From the NCBI GenBank assembly GCA_965224085.1, contig CBDCYI010000004.1:512001-576000 (forward strand): DNA of 64,000 nucleotides. The letters are read 5' to 3'. Below are positions 42,765 to 53,247 of the stretch, piece after piece (the stretch's first letter is position 1; the number at the start of each line of letters is the position of its first letter). Position numbers and translations under genes: made by a program. Source of the DNA: Candidatus Marinacidobacterales bacterium. GTDB lineage: Bacteria > Acidobacteriota > Vicinamibacteria > Marinacidobacterales > SMYC01. The notes below the pieces were generated by a model. That model was not told the origin of the DNA. It did not search any database and saw nothing but the letters and a program-made list of their open reading frames with translations.

Positions 42765-43545
42765 GCTTTCCGTTTTCGTAAGATCGATTACGCTCGCAGT
42801 AACCAAACGCCCGGCTCTTCGAGAAACGCCGCACAGTTCCCTTCGCGCACGGGGCACGAGATTTGCTTACCTGTTCCGCATGACCGTTGTCGGAGCGAGC
42901 TCGCTCCTGGCAGCCTTTGCTGCGGGAACGGGCAAAACGGTCTGGGATGTCGCCTCCCGGGGGTTGAGCTTCGCCATGTCGGTTCTCGTGGCGCGGGAGC
43001 TGGGGGCCTCGGGATACGGGACCTTCGCCGTTTACTGGTATGCGGCGTGGATGCTGTCGCAAACGACGGATCTCGGGCTCCACCTGGTGAGCCTGCGCTC
43101 GCTCGCGATGGGCCAGAACCCGTCGGTCTTTTGGAGCGCGGTCGCCGCAAAAGGGCTCCTCACGACGGGAGTCATCGTCGCCGTCGCCGCCGCCGTCGCC
43201 GCCGGTTCGTTTTCTCCGAATCTGTTGCTCGTTTTCGTTCTGCTGGGCGCGCACCTGATGGCCTCTTGGGTCGAATTTTTTGGAGTCGTTCTTCGAAGCA
43301 AGGGCTTCATGGCGAGAGAAGGCCTCCTTCTGATGGCTCTTCGTCTCGGCTGGCTTGTGGCCGCTTTCTGGGTCCTGACTCGAAACGCGAGCCTTGCGGC
43401 TCTCGCCGGAGCACTCGTCCTCGCGAGTGTTCCGGCACTCGGCGCCGCGACGGTGCTCGTTCGACGAACGGTTCCCGTTCGGGGCAGCTCGGCCGCTCAG
43501 AGCGAAACCGTGCGTCTATTCAAAGAATCGTTTCCGTTGGCTTGT
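42754..43545 (+). pseudogene. Polysaccharide flippase (Wzx/MATE-like), 3' truncated
   Basis: ARELGASGYG.F, TDLGL, multiple TM helices, KESFPLA then abrupt end. Confidence 0.75.
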
Positions 43546-43556
43546 CCAGTGCAGCA

Positions 43557-44261
43557 CTATGTAGCCGACGGGCCCAGCCGAAAGAGCTGAAGGGGATGAT
43601 GGGCTCTTGCCAGTTGTACCAGATCGTGATCGGGATGCCTGCTTTGCGGTTCACGGCTAGGGCGCGCACGAACTTTGTGAAACCCGGTGCCAAAATAGAC
43701 GAGCATCATTTGGAGTCCGATGAGCCGCGCTGGCCAGAAAGGGATCGTCTCTGCGAGCGGGAGCCCTTTTCGCCGACGCCAAAGCGCGCGGAGCGAGAAG
43801 ATTTCGTCGCAACGGCTGACACATATCAAGAGCGCGGTCTGCAGGAAGAGCCGGTCATAGGACGCATCGAGACGGTAGAGCTGCAGGTGGTAGAAGTAGA
43901 CGTAGAGCAGGAAATACGCGATGGCAGCAAAGCGCGTCCACCATCCCACGGTGAACAGCACGAGCGAGACGATGAGGGTAGTGTAGAGCGTCCACGTTGC
44001 CCAGAGGGGGATCGGCGTAAGCAGCCAGCCGAGGAGGTCGCGCGCACTGCCGACCTCGGAAAAAGCGGCTGGAGGATCAAAGAACGGGAAGTATACGCCG
44101 TCGGTCGAGAAGAGAAACGACACGTGCGGCGCTCGCAGCAGCCAGTAGACGAGGAAGAAGAGCCCGAGAAGGATTCGGAAGATCGCGAGACTCTCGGGAG
44201 GGCGCAGCTCGAACCAATAATCGTCCCACAGCTGCCACCAACGTTCCTCGAAATGCTTCAT
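43557..44261 (-). pseudogene. HTTM domain membrane protein, 3' truncated
   Basis: SLAIFRILLG, VGWWTR, WPARLIGLQMMLVYFGTGFHK. Confidence 0.8.
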
Positions 44262-44755
44262 GCTTCGCAAAGGAAGCTCATTTGACGCAAGTCGTAGAGG
44301 GTGAAGTAGCCATTAGGGCTCGCTGGCCAGCTCGCTCGGTACAGGCGCAACCGCGCAATCCTCAGTTCAGGGTCTCTACGCTGATAGATAGCCAGCAGCT
44401 TCCGTGCAACGTCATCACAGTCCCGCAGCAGCGGGGTCGTCAGCTCTCTTAATGATGCGCCACGAGGCATCGGGAAGAGTGCGTGGACGTCGAGCTCTCG
44501 CCACTCGGTTCGCGCGCTCGGATTCGCTCCGGGACGGACCTCGATCTCGGCAACGTAGCCAAACACGTAAAGAGACCATCCCGAGAATACTCGGAACATG
44601 CCGTTGTAAGTCCTTGCCAGTCGGGCGTTGGGCACTCGTACTCCCAGATCCGACAAGTTGACGATCGTGGCGAGGTCTACATAAATCACGGCGACGAAGA
44701 CGGCGGAGAGGACGGCGCGCCGTCCGGCACGGAAGTTTGATTCGGGTTTCGACAT
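44258..44755 (-). CDS. Hypothetical membrane-anchored protein coupled to the HTTM gene
   Basis: N-terminal TM helix; stop overlaps the HTTM ATG. Confidence 0.6.
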   Translation of the reverse strand: MSKPESNFRAGRRAVLSAVFVAVIYVDLATIVNLSDLGVRVPNARLARTYNGMFRVFSGWSLYVFGYVAEIEVRPGANPSARTEWRELDVHALFPMPRGASLRELTTPLLRDCDDVARKLLAIYQRRDPELRIARLRLYRASWPASPNGYFTLYDLRQMSFLCEA

Positions 44756-44969
44756 AGAGTCCGGCCTCGAGACGGATCGCCCCCGCTGCATCCGATCCGT
44801 CGAAACTCAATGGTCGGCTAGACGGGCGGTCGGCGCCATACGAGGATGCGCATGACTCCAATAGTTTGCTTTCCTTCGTTGAGTGTGTTCGTGCGAAGAG
44901 GGCACCGGGCGCGGTCAAGCGAAGGATTGCTCGAATTGGCTCGGGCCACCGGCCATGAAGAGATAAATC

Positions 44970-45195
44970 TCATCGTTTACGAAAACGTCCATTTCGCCCG
45001 GTGTCGGCCCCATCCCTATCAGGTCGAGACTGACGCGTCGGATGAGCGTGCGGGGGTCTGCCTGAGGAGACGGTGTCAGCCCTCACCCTCGAGACTCGCC
45101 AAGACGAAGCGGTCGATCGGATTTCGGACTCGATCCTCGTCGAAAACGGCCGGCGGCGTAACCTCGTGAAACGGCCGGTACGCCCAGTGCGGCTG
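44970..45195 (-). pseudogene. DUF1549/PSD1 domain remnant
   Basis: HWAYRP...VRNPIDRFVLA...[20 protein letters not shown] with frameshifts. Confidence 0.65.
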
Positions 45196-45257
45196 CCTCG
45201 GAAAAGAGACGGCGTCATGTCCGTCCAATGCTATTCTCACGAAAGCGTCGTGACGTC

Positions 45258-47363
45258 ATGAAAGTCGTCCTTGCCGAAAAACCTTCCGTCGCTCGGGACA
45301 TCGCCCGCGTACTCGGCTGCCGCACAAGGGCCGACGGCCATTTGACCGGAAACGGCTATGCTATCACCTGGGCCTTCGGCCACCTCGTGGAGATCGCCGA
45401 GCCTGCCGCGATGAATCCAGCATGGGCGAAGCCCTGGAGAAAAGAACAGCTCCCGATGGTGCCTCCGCGGTGGAGGTACGAGGTCACGAAAGATGGAAAA
45501 CAGCAATTCGCCGTCATCAAGAAACTGCTGAACGCTCCAGATACCGCCGAGATCATCGCCGCGACCGACGCCGGACGAGAAGGTGAGCACATCTTCCGGC
45601 TCATCTATCAACGCTCGGGATCAAAAAAGCCCGTGAAGAGACTCTGGATTCGCTCCCTCACAGATGAAGCCATCCGCGAAGGCTTTCGTTCCCTCGAGCC
45701 GTCGGAAGCGTTCGACGCGCTGGCCGCAGCGGCCAGGTCCCGTGCGCATGCGGACTGGCTCATGGGCTTGAACTTCACCCGGGCCTACACCGTTCACAAC
45801 CGGCAGCTTTGCACCGTCGGACGTGTTCAGACACCGACTCTCGCGCTTCTCGTCAACCGCCATCACGAGATCCGAAACTTCGTACCCGAGACGTACTACG
45901 AAGTCCACGCCGTCCTCAAGCCCGGCTTCACCGCGAAATATGTCGGGAAGAACAAGAAGACCCGAATCGATGACAAGACGCTTGCGGTGCGGGTCTACGA
46001 GGACATCGCCGGCGTGCCGCTCGCCGAGGTCACGCGCGTCGAAACGAAGGACACCAGGACCCCCGCGCCGGCGCTCTTCGACCTTCTCACACTCCAGAAA
46101 GAAGCCAACAAGCGCTTCGGCACCACCGCCACCGAGACGCTTCAGATCGCTCAGTCACTCTACGAGAGGCACAAGCTCCTCTCCTATCCGAGGACGGAAT
46201 CCAGGCACCTCTCCCGCGACATCGTTCCCGGCCTGCCTGCCGTCATCGACGCCGCTCGGCACTCCTTCCCCGAGGCCTCCGCTCTTGCCGAAGCGCGTTT
46301 CCCGACGCCCAAGCTTCCGAAGAGCTACGTCGATGACACCAAGCTCACGGACCATCACGCCATCATCCCCACGCCGCGCGATCCACGAGGACTCCATCTC
46401 TCAGATAAGGAGCACAAAATTTACCGCTTGGTCGTCGCCCGTTTTCTCGCCATCTTTCTGCCGCCGCTCGTGAAGGCCGAGACCACGGCTCTGTTCGCCA
46501 TCGGCCCGCACACGTTTCGAGCGAAAGGCTCCGTCGTGAAGGAGCCCGGGTGGACGACCGTTCATTCTGCGAAGCCCGAAAGCAAAAAACGCAGCAAATC
46601 CACGGACGATTCCGACGACGAGAAAGCTCAGAGACTTCCGCCCCTCGAGAAGGGCGAGCGTTGTAAGAAACGCGCGCAGTCTCTCGAAACCCGGGTGACG
46701 AAGCCACCCAAACCCCACACCGACGCTTCGCTTCTCGACTCGATGAAAAAAGCGGGCGCTTCCATCGATGACGAAGACCTCGCAGCGACCATGAAGCGCT
46801 GCGGGCTTGGCACTGCCGCTACCCGGGCCGCCATCATCGAGCGGCTCCTCAAAACCAGCTATATCGAACGAAGCAAGAAGGTACTCCTACCGACCACCAA
46901 AGGCATGGACCTCGTCGCCCAGGTCGAAGAGGAGCTGCGTGACCCAGCCCTCACAGCCCAGTGGGAGCAGCGCTTGAAGGACATCGAGGATGGGGAGCTC
47001 GCCGCCGAGGCGTTCGAGGCCGATATCGTCACTCACCTGAAGTCTCTTCTGCCGAAAGTGTTTGCGGCCGCGCCCCTTGCCGGGGCGCGAGCGGTCGGAC
47101 TGGGCACGTGCCCGCTGTGCCAAAAAGGGATCGTTCGCGAAACGTCAAAGGCTTACGGCTGCAGCCGATGGAGAGAAGGATGCCCTTTCACCATCTGGAA
47201 GAGGATCGCCGGCAAGACGATCACATCGACGCAAGCCAAGCAGCTTCTCGACGGGAACAAGACGAGGAAGCTCAAGGGGTTCAAGAGCAAGAAGACCGGG
47301 AAGAAGTTCGACGCAGCTCTCACCCTCGACGAGAGCTCGAAGGTGCGATTCGTTTTTGAGTAG
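45258..47363 (+). CDS. topB: DNA topoisomerase III
   Basis: AEKPSVA, ATDAGREGE, GRVQTPT, SYPRT catalytic Tyr, GLGTAATRA, C-terminal zinc ribbon and repeat. Confidence 0.95.
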   Translation: MKVVLAEKPSVARDIARVLGCRTRADGHLTGNGYAITWAFGHLVEIAEPAAMNPAWAKPWRKEQLPMVPPRWRYEVTKDGKQQFAVIKKLLNAPDTAEIIAATDAGREGEHIFRLIYQRSGSKKPVKRLWIRSLTDEAIREGFRSLEPSEAFDALAAAARSRAHADWLMGLNFTRAYTVHNRQLCTVGRVQTPTLALLVNRHHEIRNFVPETYYEVHAVLKPGFTAKYVGKNKKTRIDDKTLAVRVYEDIAGVPLAEVTRVETKDTRTPAPALFDLLTLQKEANKRFGTTATETLQIAQSLYERHKLLSYPRTESRHLSRDIVPGLPAVIDAARHSFPEASALAEARFPTPKLPKSYVDDTKLTDHHAIIPTPRDPRGLHLSDKEHKIYRLVVARFLAIFLPPLVKAETTALFAIGPHTFRAKGSVVKEPGWTTVHSAKPESKKRSKSTDDSDDEKAQRLPPLEKGERCKKRAQSLETRVTKPPKPHTDASLLDSMKKAGASIDDEDLAATMKRCGLGTAATRAAIIERLLKTSYIERSKKVLLPTTKGMDLVAQVEEELRDPALTAQWEQRLKDIEDGELAAEAFEADIVTHLKSLLPKVFAAAPLAGARAVGLGTCPLCQKGIVRETSKAYGCSRWREGCPFTIWKRIAGKTITSTQAKQLLDGNKTRKLKGFKSKKTGKKFDAALTLDESSKVRFVFE

Positions 47364-47522
47364 CCATACAAATCTGGACTTAGGTCATTGACGCACCGGC
47401 GTCGAGATCCGTAACACGGCTTACACCCAGCACGTCCGTCTCACTGGAAACCGGCGCCGTTTCCGTTTACACTCCCGGGCAGACGATCCTGATTGATTTT
47501 GTCCCCGGGATCCTCGCGAACG

Positions 47523-50519
47523 ATGCGCCTGTCTACTGGCCACCAGCTGGGGCCGTACCGGATTGTCTCACCGCTCGGTGCGGGAGGCATGGGGGAAGTC
47601 TATAGGGCGAAGGATGAGAAGCTCGACCGGGACGTGGCGATCAAAGTCCTCCCCGATCGCCTTGCTGAGGATTCGGAAGCTGGCGAACGCTTCGCGCGCG
47701 AGGCGAAGGCCCTCGCCGCACTCTCCCATCCGAACATACTGACCGTCTTCGCCTTCGCCTCGGAGGGTGGCATTGCCTATGCGGTCACCGAGCTGCTGGA
47801 AGGAGAAACGCTGGGCGAGCAATGGATGCGCGAGGGGGCCGGCGCCTGGCGCACGGTGCTGGACATCGGTCTCGCCGTGGCCGATGGTCTTGCCGTGGCA
47901 CATTCCAGGGGAATCACCCACCGCGACATCAAACCGGCGAATCTATTCTTGACCTCTGAGGGCATCATCAAAATCCTCGACTTCGGTCTTGCCAAGTCCA
48001 CGCATGCGCCACCGGTCTCGGATTCCCACGAGCGCGACACGCTGCCAACCGCTATACGTCCGGGGGAGCAGACCGCTGCCGGCGTCATTCTCGGAACCCC
48101 GGCTTTCATGTCACCCGAGCAGGCCAAGGGCAACCCAGCCTCCGCGGCGAGCGACGTGTTCTCGCTCGGTTGTGTGCTCTACCAGATGCTCACCGGTGTC
48201 TCTGCGTTCACGAGGGCGACGCCAACCGAGACACTCGCGGCAATCCTGCACGAGGAACCGGCCCGTTTCGAGGCAACGATGGCTGACATCCCGCGCGAGC
48301 TCCAGCGGATCGTGCGCAAGGCACTCGAGAAAGAGCCCGCGGACCGCTTCCCCAGCGCGGTCGAGCTCCGGGAGGAGCTCTCCGCTTTTCGCCAAAGAGT
48401 CGTCGACGCGGAGTCCGGCTCGGTGTGGCGCGTGCTTCGAAGACCTCGCGTCGCGGTTCCGGCGCTCGTCGCGCTCCTCCTTATTGCCGGCTTCCTCCTT
48501 CTCTTCGCCCGGCGCACCGCACGCGAGAATTGGGCCCGCCAAGAGGCTCTTGCTGAAGTCATGCGCTTTATCGAAGAGAAAGAGTACGGCCGGGCCTTCG
48601 GGCTGGCGCGCGAAGTCGAGGGCGTCATCCCTGACGATCCCCTGCTCCTTGGTTTGTGGAACCAGATGAGCAGCACCGTCACCTTCAAGACCGTGCCCAC
48701 GGGCGCGGACGTCTTCTACCGAGAGAATGCTCCAGAGTCCGAGTGGCGCCTCCTGGGACCCTCTCCCATCGATGATCGCCGCCTGCCTCTCGGAGGCTTT
48801 CGTCTTCGGATCGAGAAGGAGGGTTTCGAGCCGCGCGAGATCCTTTCGGCCTTGTCGTATGCGCACGAGGACAAGAGCTTCGAGCCGCTGCCTTCGTTCT
48901 CGACGCCAGCGGCGCGCAACCGGATGATCGTTCGTCTCGACACGAAGGGAAGCGTGCCCCCCGGGATGGTCGCCGTCGACGGTGGGCGCTACCTGGTGCC
49001 TTTGACCGGTTACCCGATAGATGACGTCACGCTCGAGCCGTATTTCATCGATCGTACCGAAGTCACCAACGCCGCGTTCAAGGAGTTCGTCGACGCGGGA
49101 AGCTACCAGCAACAGGAGTACTGGCGGCACGCGTTTCGACGAGGTGGCCGGACCTTGACGTGGGAAGAGGCGATGATCCAGCTCGTCGACGCCACCGGCC
49201 GCCCCGGGCCTGCGACGTGGGAAGTAGGCGACTACCCCGCCGGCCAGGATGACTATCCGGTAGGCGGCGTGAGCTGGTACGAGGCGGCCGCCTACGCTGC
49301 CTTCCGAGGCAAGAGTCTGCCCACGCTGTATCACTGGGTCCGCGCCGCACTCCCTAGCAGCGAGCATGTGATGTCCCTGAGCCCGGAGATCGTTCCGCTG
49401 AGCAACTTCGGGAGCGACAGCGCCGCTCCGGTGGGATCCTATCCAGGCATCGGCGCCTCCGGTGCCGTCGATCTCGCGGGGAACCTGCGCGCGTGGGGCT
49501 TCAACGCTTCGGGGGAGAACCGTTTCTCTCTCGGCGGCGCATGGAACGAACCCGTCTATACCTTCACTCGGCCGGCCCGCATGGATCCGTTCGACCGCGC
49601 CGCCATCAATGGTTTTCGATGCATGAAAGAGCGCGACGGGGAGACGCCGGAAGAGCAGAGAGCATCTATCGATTTCTATGCGTTGGGAGGCCTGTCTGAC
49701 GAGATCTTCGCCGTTTACAAGGGACTCTTCTCGTATGGCGCAACGCCTCTGAATCCGGCTCTCGAATCGGCCGACGACACTCCAGCTGATTGGAAACGAG
49801 AGAGCGTGTCCATCGATGCCGCTTACGGTGGCGAGCGATTCACGGTACATCTCGACTTGCCGAAACGAGCCTCGCCCCCTTACCAGGCGGTCGTCTATTT
49901 GCCCGGCAGCAACGCCCTCGAACAATCGACGTTCGCTGACATGTATTGGGAGCGGTTCGACTACATTCCGAGGAGCGGCCGCGTGCTCGTTCGGCCCGTT
50001 CTGGCCGACATGTACGAGCGTTCCAAGAGCATCGGACCAGAAACGAGGCAGGCGGTCGTGGCGCGCGACGCCAAATGGGTACAGGATCTGGGACGGACGC
50101 TGGACTATCTCGAAACGCGCGGTGACATCGATATCGCCAAAGTCGCGTATATGGGCCTGAGCCGCGGCGCAGCTCTGGCTCCAGTCATGCTCGTCTACGA
50201 AGAACGATTCAAAGTCGCCGTGCTCCTCGCTGGCGGCATGAGAAGCGGCGAACTCCCTCCCCGCCTGGTACCGCGGATCACCGTACCCTTGCTACTGCTC
50301 GCCGGCCGGTATGACTACATCTTCCCGGTCGAGACCCGACAAACGCCGCTCATGGATCTCCTGGCAACGCCCGACGAGGACAAGCGCCACGTTATCTTCG
50401 AAGCTGGCCACCTGCCCCTTCCCAGAGCCGAGATGATCCGTGAGACCCTTGAGTGGCTCGACCGCTACCAAAATCCTGTCGTGCCGCTCACTCGGCCATC
50501 CAGTTGTTCAGAACAGTAA
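47523..50519 (+). CDS. Ser/Thr kinase - TM - FGE-sulfatase (CLec) - alpha/beta hydrolase fusion
   Basis: LGAGGMGEVY, HRDIKPAN, DFG; EVTN, PVGGVSWYEA, DLAGN, GFRC; GLSRG, GRYD, EAGH. Confidence 0.92.
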   Translation: MRLSTGHQLGPYRIVSPLGAGGMGEVYRAKDEKLDRDVAIKVLPDRLAEDSEAGERFAREAKALAALSHPNILTVFAFASEGGIAYAVTELLEGETLGEQWMREGAGAWRTVLDIGLAVADGLAVAHSRGITHRDIKPANLFLTSEGIIKILDFGLAKSTHAPPVSDSHERDTLPTAIRPGEQTAAGVILGTPAFMSPEQAKGNPASAASDVFSLGCVLYQMLTGVSAFTRATPTETLAAILHEEPARFEATMADIPRELQRIVRKALEKEPADRFPSAVELREELSAFRQRVVDAESGSVWRVLRRPRVAVPALVALLLIAGFLLLFARRTARENWARQEALAEVMRFIEEKEYGRAFGLAREVEGVIPDDPLLLGLWNQMSSTVTFKTVPTGADVFYRENAPESEWRLLGPSPIDDRRLPLGGFRLRIEKEGFEPREILSALSYAHEDKSFEPLPSFSTPAARNRMIVRLDTKGSVPPGMVAVDGGRYLVPLTGYPIDDVTLEPYFIDRTEVTNAAFKEFVDAGSYQQQEYWRHAFRRGGRTLTWEEAMIQLVDATGRPGPATWEVGDYPAGQDDYPVGGVSWYEAAAYAAFRGKSLPTLYHWVRAALPSSEHVMSLSPEIVPLSNFGSDSAAPVGSYPGIGASGAVDLAGNLRAWGFNASGENRFSLGGAWNEPVYTFTRPARMDPFDRAAINGFRCMKERDGETPEEQRASIDFYALGGLSDEIFAVYKGLFSYGATPLNPALESADDTPADWKRESVSIDAAYGGERFTVHLDLPKRASPPYQAVVYLPGSNALEQSTFADMYWERFDYIPRSGRVLVRPVLADMYERSKSIGPETRQAVVARDAKWVQDLGRTLDYLETRGDIDIAKVAYMGLSRGAALAPVMLVYEERFKVAVLLAGGMRSGELPPRLVPRITVPLLLLAGRYDYIFPVETRQTPLMDLLATPDEDKRHVIFEAGHLPLPRAEMIRETLEWLDRYQNPVVPLTRPSSCSEQ

Positions 50520-50552
50520 GGCGTTCCCCTGAATCAAAGAAAGGACCTCGCA

Positions 50553-52190
50553 ATGGATCGTAGACGTTTCCTAGGCTATTCGGCGCTTGGCGGTGCAACG
50601 CTTCTAAGCGGACCGATCGGATGCGCCCCGGCTCATGCCCCGGAGGACTCTTCTATGACCCGGCAGACCGGCAACGAACCGTTCGAGCTTCATGAAGCTA
50701 CCGTTGCCGAGCTTCAAGAAGGCATGGAGTCTGGACAGCTGACGGCTCGCGCTATCACTGAAATGTATCTCGCTCGTATCGAGGCGCTCGATCGCCAAGG
50801 ACCGGAATTGCGGTCCATCATCGAGACCAATCCCGAGGCCTTTTCAATCGCAGATCAATTGGATGCGGAACGCCAGTCCAGCGGACCGCGCGGTCCCCTT
50901 CACGGAGTCCCAGTCGCCATCAAAGACAACATCGATACGCACGATCAGATGACCACCACCGCGGGCTCTCTGGCGCTCGAGGGCTCGATCCCGCCACAAG
51001 ACTCTTTCGTAGCGCAGAAACTCCGGGAAGCGGGCGCGATCATCCTGGCCAAGGCCAACATGAGCGAATGGGCTTACTGGCGAGGATTCAAAGCTTCCAG
51101 TGGCTGGAGCGGACGCGGCGGGCAATGCCGGAACGCCTACGCGCTCGATAGGAATCCGTGCGGATCCAGCTCTGGCTCGGGCGTGGCGGCCTCCGCCAAT
51201 CTTGTCGCGCTAACTATCGGAACGGAGACCGGAGGGTCCATCATGTGTCCTTCCTCGATCAACGGCCTCGTCGGCATCAAGCCCACCGTCGGTCTTTGGA
51301 GCCGTTCCGGCATCATCCCCATCTCGCATTCCCAGGACACCGCGGGACCGATGACGCGAACTTTGAGGGACGGAGCCGTTCTCCTCGGTGCTATCACCGG
51401 TGTCGACCCGCGAGACGAGGCCACCGCAGCGAGCGAGGGCAACGCCCACACCGATTACACCCAGTTTCTGGACTCGGACGGATTGAGAGGCGCACGCATC
51501 GGCGTCGCACGCAACTTTCCCGGTTTCGACGAGCGCGTCCTCGCCGTGTTCGACCAGGCCGTCGAAGACTTGAAAGCCGCCGGGGCCGAAGTGGTCGACC
51601 CGGCCAACATTCCCAGCATGGACAACGCCCACTGGTACTCGGAGCTCCCAACGCGGGTGCTCAACTATGAGTTCAAAGCGAACATAAATAAATACTTCGA
51701 AAGTCTCGGCCCGAATGCGCCCGTGAAAAGCCTGACCGAGCTCATCGCCTTCAACAACGAGAACCGGGATCGTGAGATGCCATTTTTCGGCCAGGAGCGC
51801 CTCATCGCCTCCGAAGAAGCGGGGCCACTCACCGACCCGGCATACCTCGAGGCCCTCAGCACCGTCCAGCGACAGGCCCGCACCGAAGGTATCGATTCCC
51901 TGGTGAACGAGCACAACCTCGATGCGATCGTCGCACCGACGAGGGATCCAGCCTGGCTGACGGACCACATCATGGGTGACCGTCTACAAGGCGGTTCGAG
52001 CGCTGGAGTGGCCGCCATCGCCGGCTACCCGGACATCTCTATCCCCATGGGATTCGTGTCCGGTCTGCCCGTCGGCATTTCCTTCTTCGGGGCCCGGTGG
52101 AGCGAACCGACGTTGCTGAAAGTTGCGTACGGCTACGAGCAGGCGACGAACCGCCGACAGGCACCGACGTTTGTAGAGACGCTAGGATAG
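50553..52190 (+). CDS. Tat-exported amidase (amidase signature family)
   Basis: MDRRRFL Tat motif, IKDNIDT, GSSSGSG, GTETGGSI. Confidence 0.95.
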   Translation: MDRRRFLGYSALGGATLLSGPIGCAPAHAPEDSSMTRQTGNEPFELHEATVAELQEGMESGQLTARAITEMYLARIEALDRQGPELRSIIETNPEAFSIADQLDAERQSSGPRGPLHGVPVAIKDNIDTHDQMTTTAGSLALEGSIPPQDSFVAQKLREAGAIILAKANMSEWAYWRGFKASSGWSGRGGQCRNAYALDRNPCGSSSGSGVAASANLVALTIGTETGGSIMCPSSINGLVGIKPTVGLWSRSGIIPISHSQDTAGPMTRTLRDGAVLLGAITGVDPRDEATAASEGNAHTDYTQFLDSDGLRGARIGVARNFPGFDERVLAVFDQAVEDLKAAGAEVVDPANIPSMDNAHWYSELPTRVLNYEFKANINKYFESLGPNAPVKSLTELIAFNNENRDREMPFFGQERLIASEEAGPLTDPAYLEALSTVQRQARTEGIDSLVNEHNLDAIVAPTRDPAWLTDHIMGDRLQGGSSAGVAAIAGYPDISIPMGFVSGLPVGISFFGARWSEPTLLKVAYGYEQATNRRQAPTFVETLG

Positions 52191-52218
52191 GACAAGAGCG
52201 ACCAAAACCCTCCCCGAC

Positions 52219-52713
52219 TCAGTTCAAGACATCGAATTGGTGCGTGTACTTCACGATGAAGCTTCGGCTCTGGGGGCCGACGCGAAAATCACCCAAGCCT
52301 TCCGTGTCGTTGTACACGACGAAGAGCCCCGAAGGACGAAGGGCGTAAAGCTGTAAAGACCGTTTGAAACGAGTCCATATCGTTTAGGCCGGCATCACGC
52401 CGGCTATCGGTGACAACGATGCCGGACGGGTCGCGGTCGTAGCAGATCACACCAACGTAGATGAAGGCCTCATCGTAGAGAATGCGGACTTCGGTTTTAT
52501 CAGACGCAGGCTCCCCTTCGAGGGGCTCGGCCTGAACGAAATCTGTGAGCACCGGAGCGATAGATCAAGCGCCTTCGTCGACGACGCCGTCAATGACCGG
52601 CGTTTCCTCATGGACTTTGGCCGCAAACGCCTCGCGGCGCTCCACTTCCTGTGCCGAAGCAAAAGAGGCAGCCGACAGCAAAGCTGCAGGCCGAGGCCCC
52701 TGGCGCGGGGCAT
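52219..52713 (-). pseudogene. DUF5916 / carbohydrate-binding family 9-like outer membrane protein with large internal deletion
   Basis: N-terminal DFVQAEP.EGEPAS.KTEVRILYD joined near 52350 to C-terminal GLFVVYND...FIVKYTHQFDVLN. Confidence 0.75.
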
Positions 52714-52784
52714 GGTGTCGGTCATTCTAGCGAAAACGTCGTGCAAAAGTGGTTATCGCACCCAATCCCCGCTAAACTGCTCCC

Positions 52785-53240
52785 ATGGCCAAGAAAAAAG
52801 ACGACCCTTTGGACGCACTAAAGACCTCCGCGAACAAGGTTTGGCTCGCCGGCCTCGCACTGGCGCAGGCGGGAAAACAGGGCGACAAGCTTTTCAAAAC
52901 GCTCGTAAAAAAAGGCAAGAAATACGAAGACCTGATTCCGACGTCGTCGGGTGATGTCAAAGATACCGTCGACGCTGCCAAAAAGCAGGCTTCCGAGACC
53001 TACAACAGCATGGAAGCCGCCTTCGATCGCCAAGTCGCAAAAGCTCTGAAGCGAGCGGGCGTGGCTCGGCAGAAAGAAGTCAACGCTTTGAAGAAAGAGG
53101 TCGCGAAGCTGAAGCGCGGGGCGAAGGGCAAAGCCGCCAAGGCGAAAAAAGCAGGCAACAAGAAGAAAAAGACGGCCGCCAAAAAGAAGGCCACCAGCCA
53201 GAAGAAAGCCACCGCGCGCCCGAGTACGAAAAAAGCTTGA
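52785..53240 (+). CDS. Phasin (PhaF/PhaI-like) with Lys/Ala-rich tail
   Basis: SANKVWLAGL, KLFKTLVKKG, FDRQVAKALKR.G, KKKKTAAKKKA tail. Confidence 0.8.
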   Translation: MAKKKDDPLDALKTSANKVWLAGLALAQAGKQGDKLFKTLVKKGKKYEDLIPTSSGDVKDTVDAAKKQASETYNSMEAAFDRQVAKALKRAGVARQKEVNALKKEVAKLKRGAKGKAAKAKKAGNKKKKTAAKKKATSQKKATARPSTKKA

Positions 53241-53247
53241 CGTTTAG

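Noticed and set aside
48950-49630. Diversity-generating retroelement targeting the CLec/FGE domain
   Set aside because: No reverse transcriptase and no template repeat seen in the window.
48111-49925. Long antisense ORFs (this one, 43047-44285, 37771-38973, 895-1833 and others)
   Set aside because: Shadow frames of GC-rich genes with no recognisable motifs.
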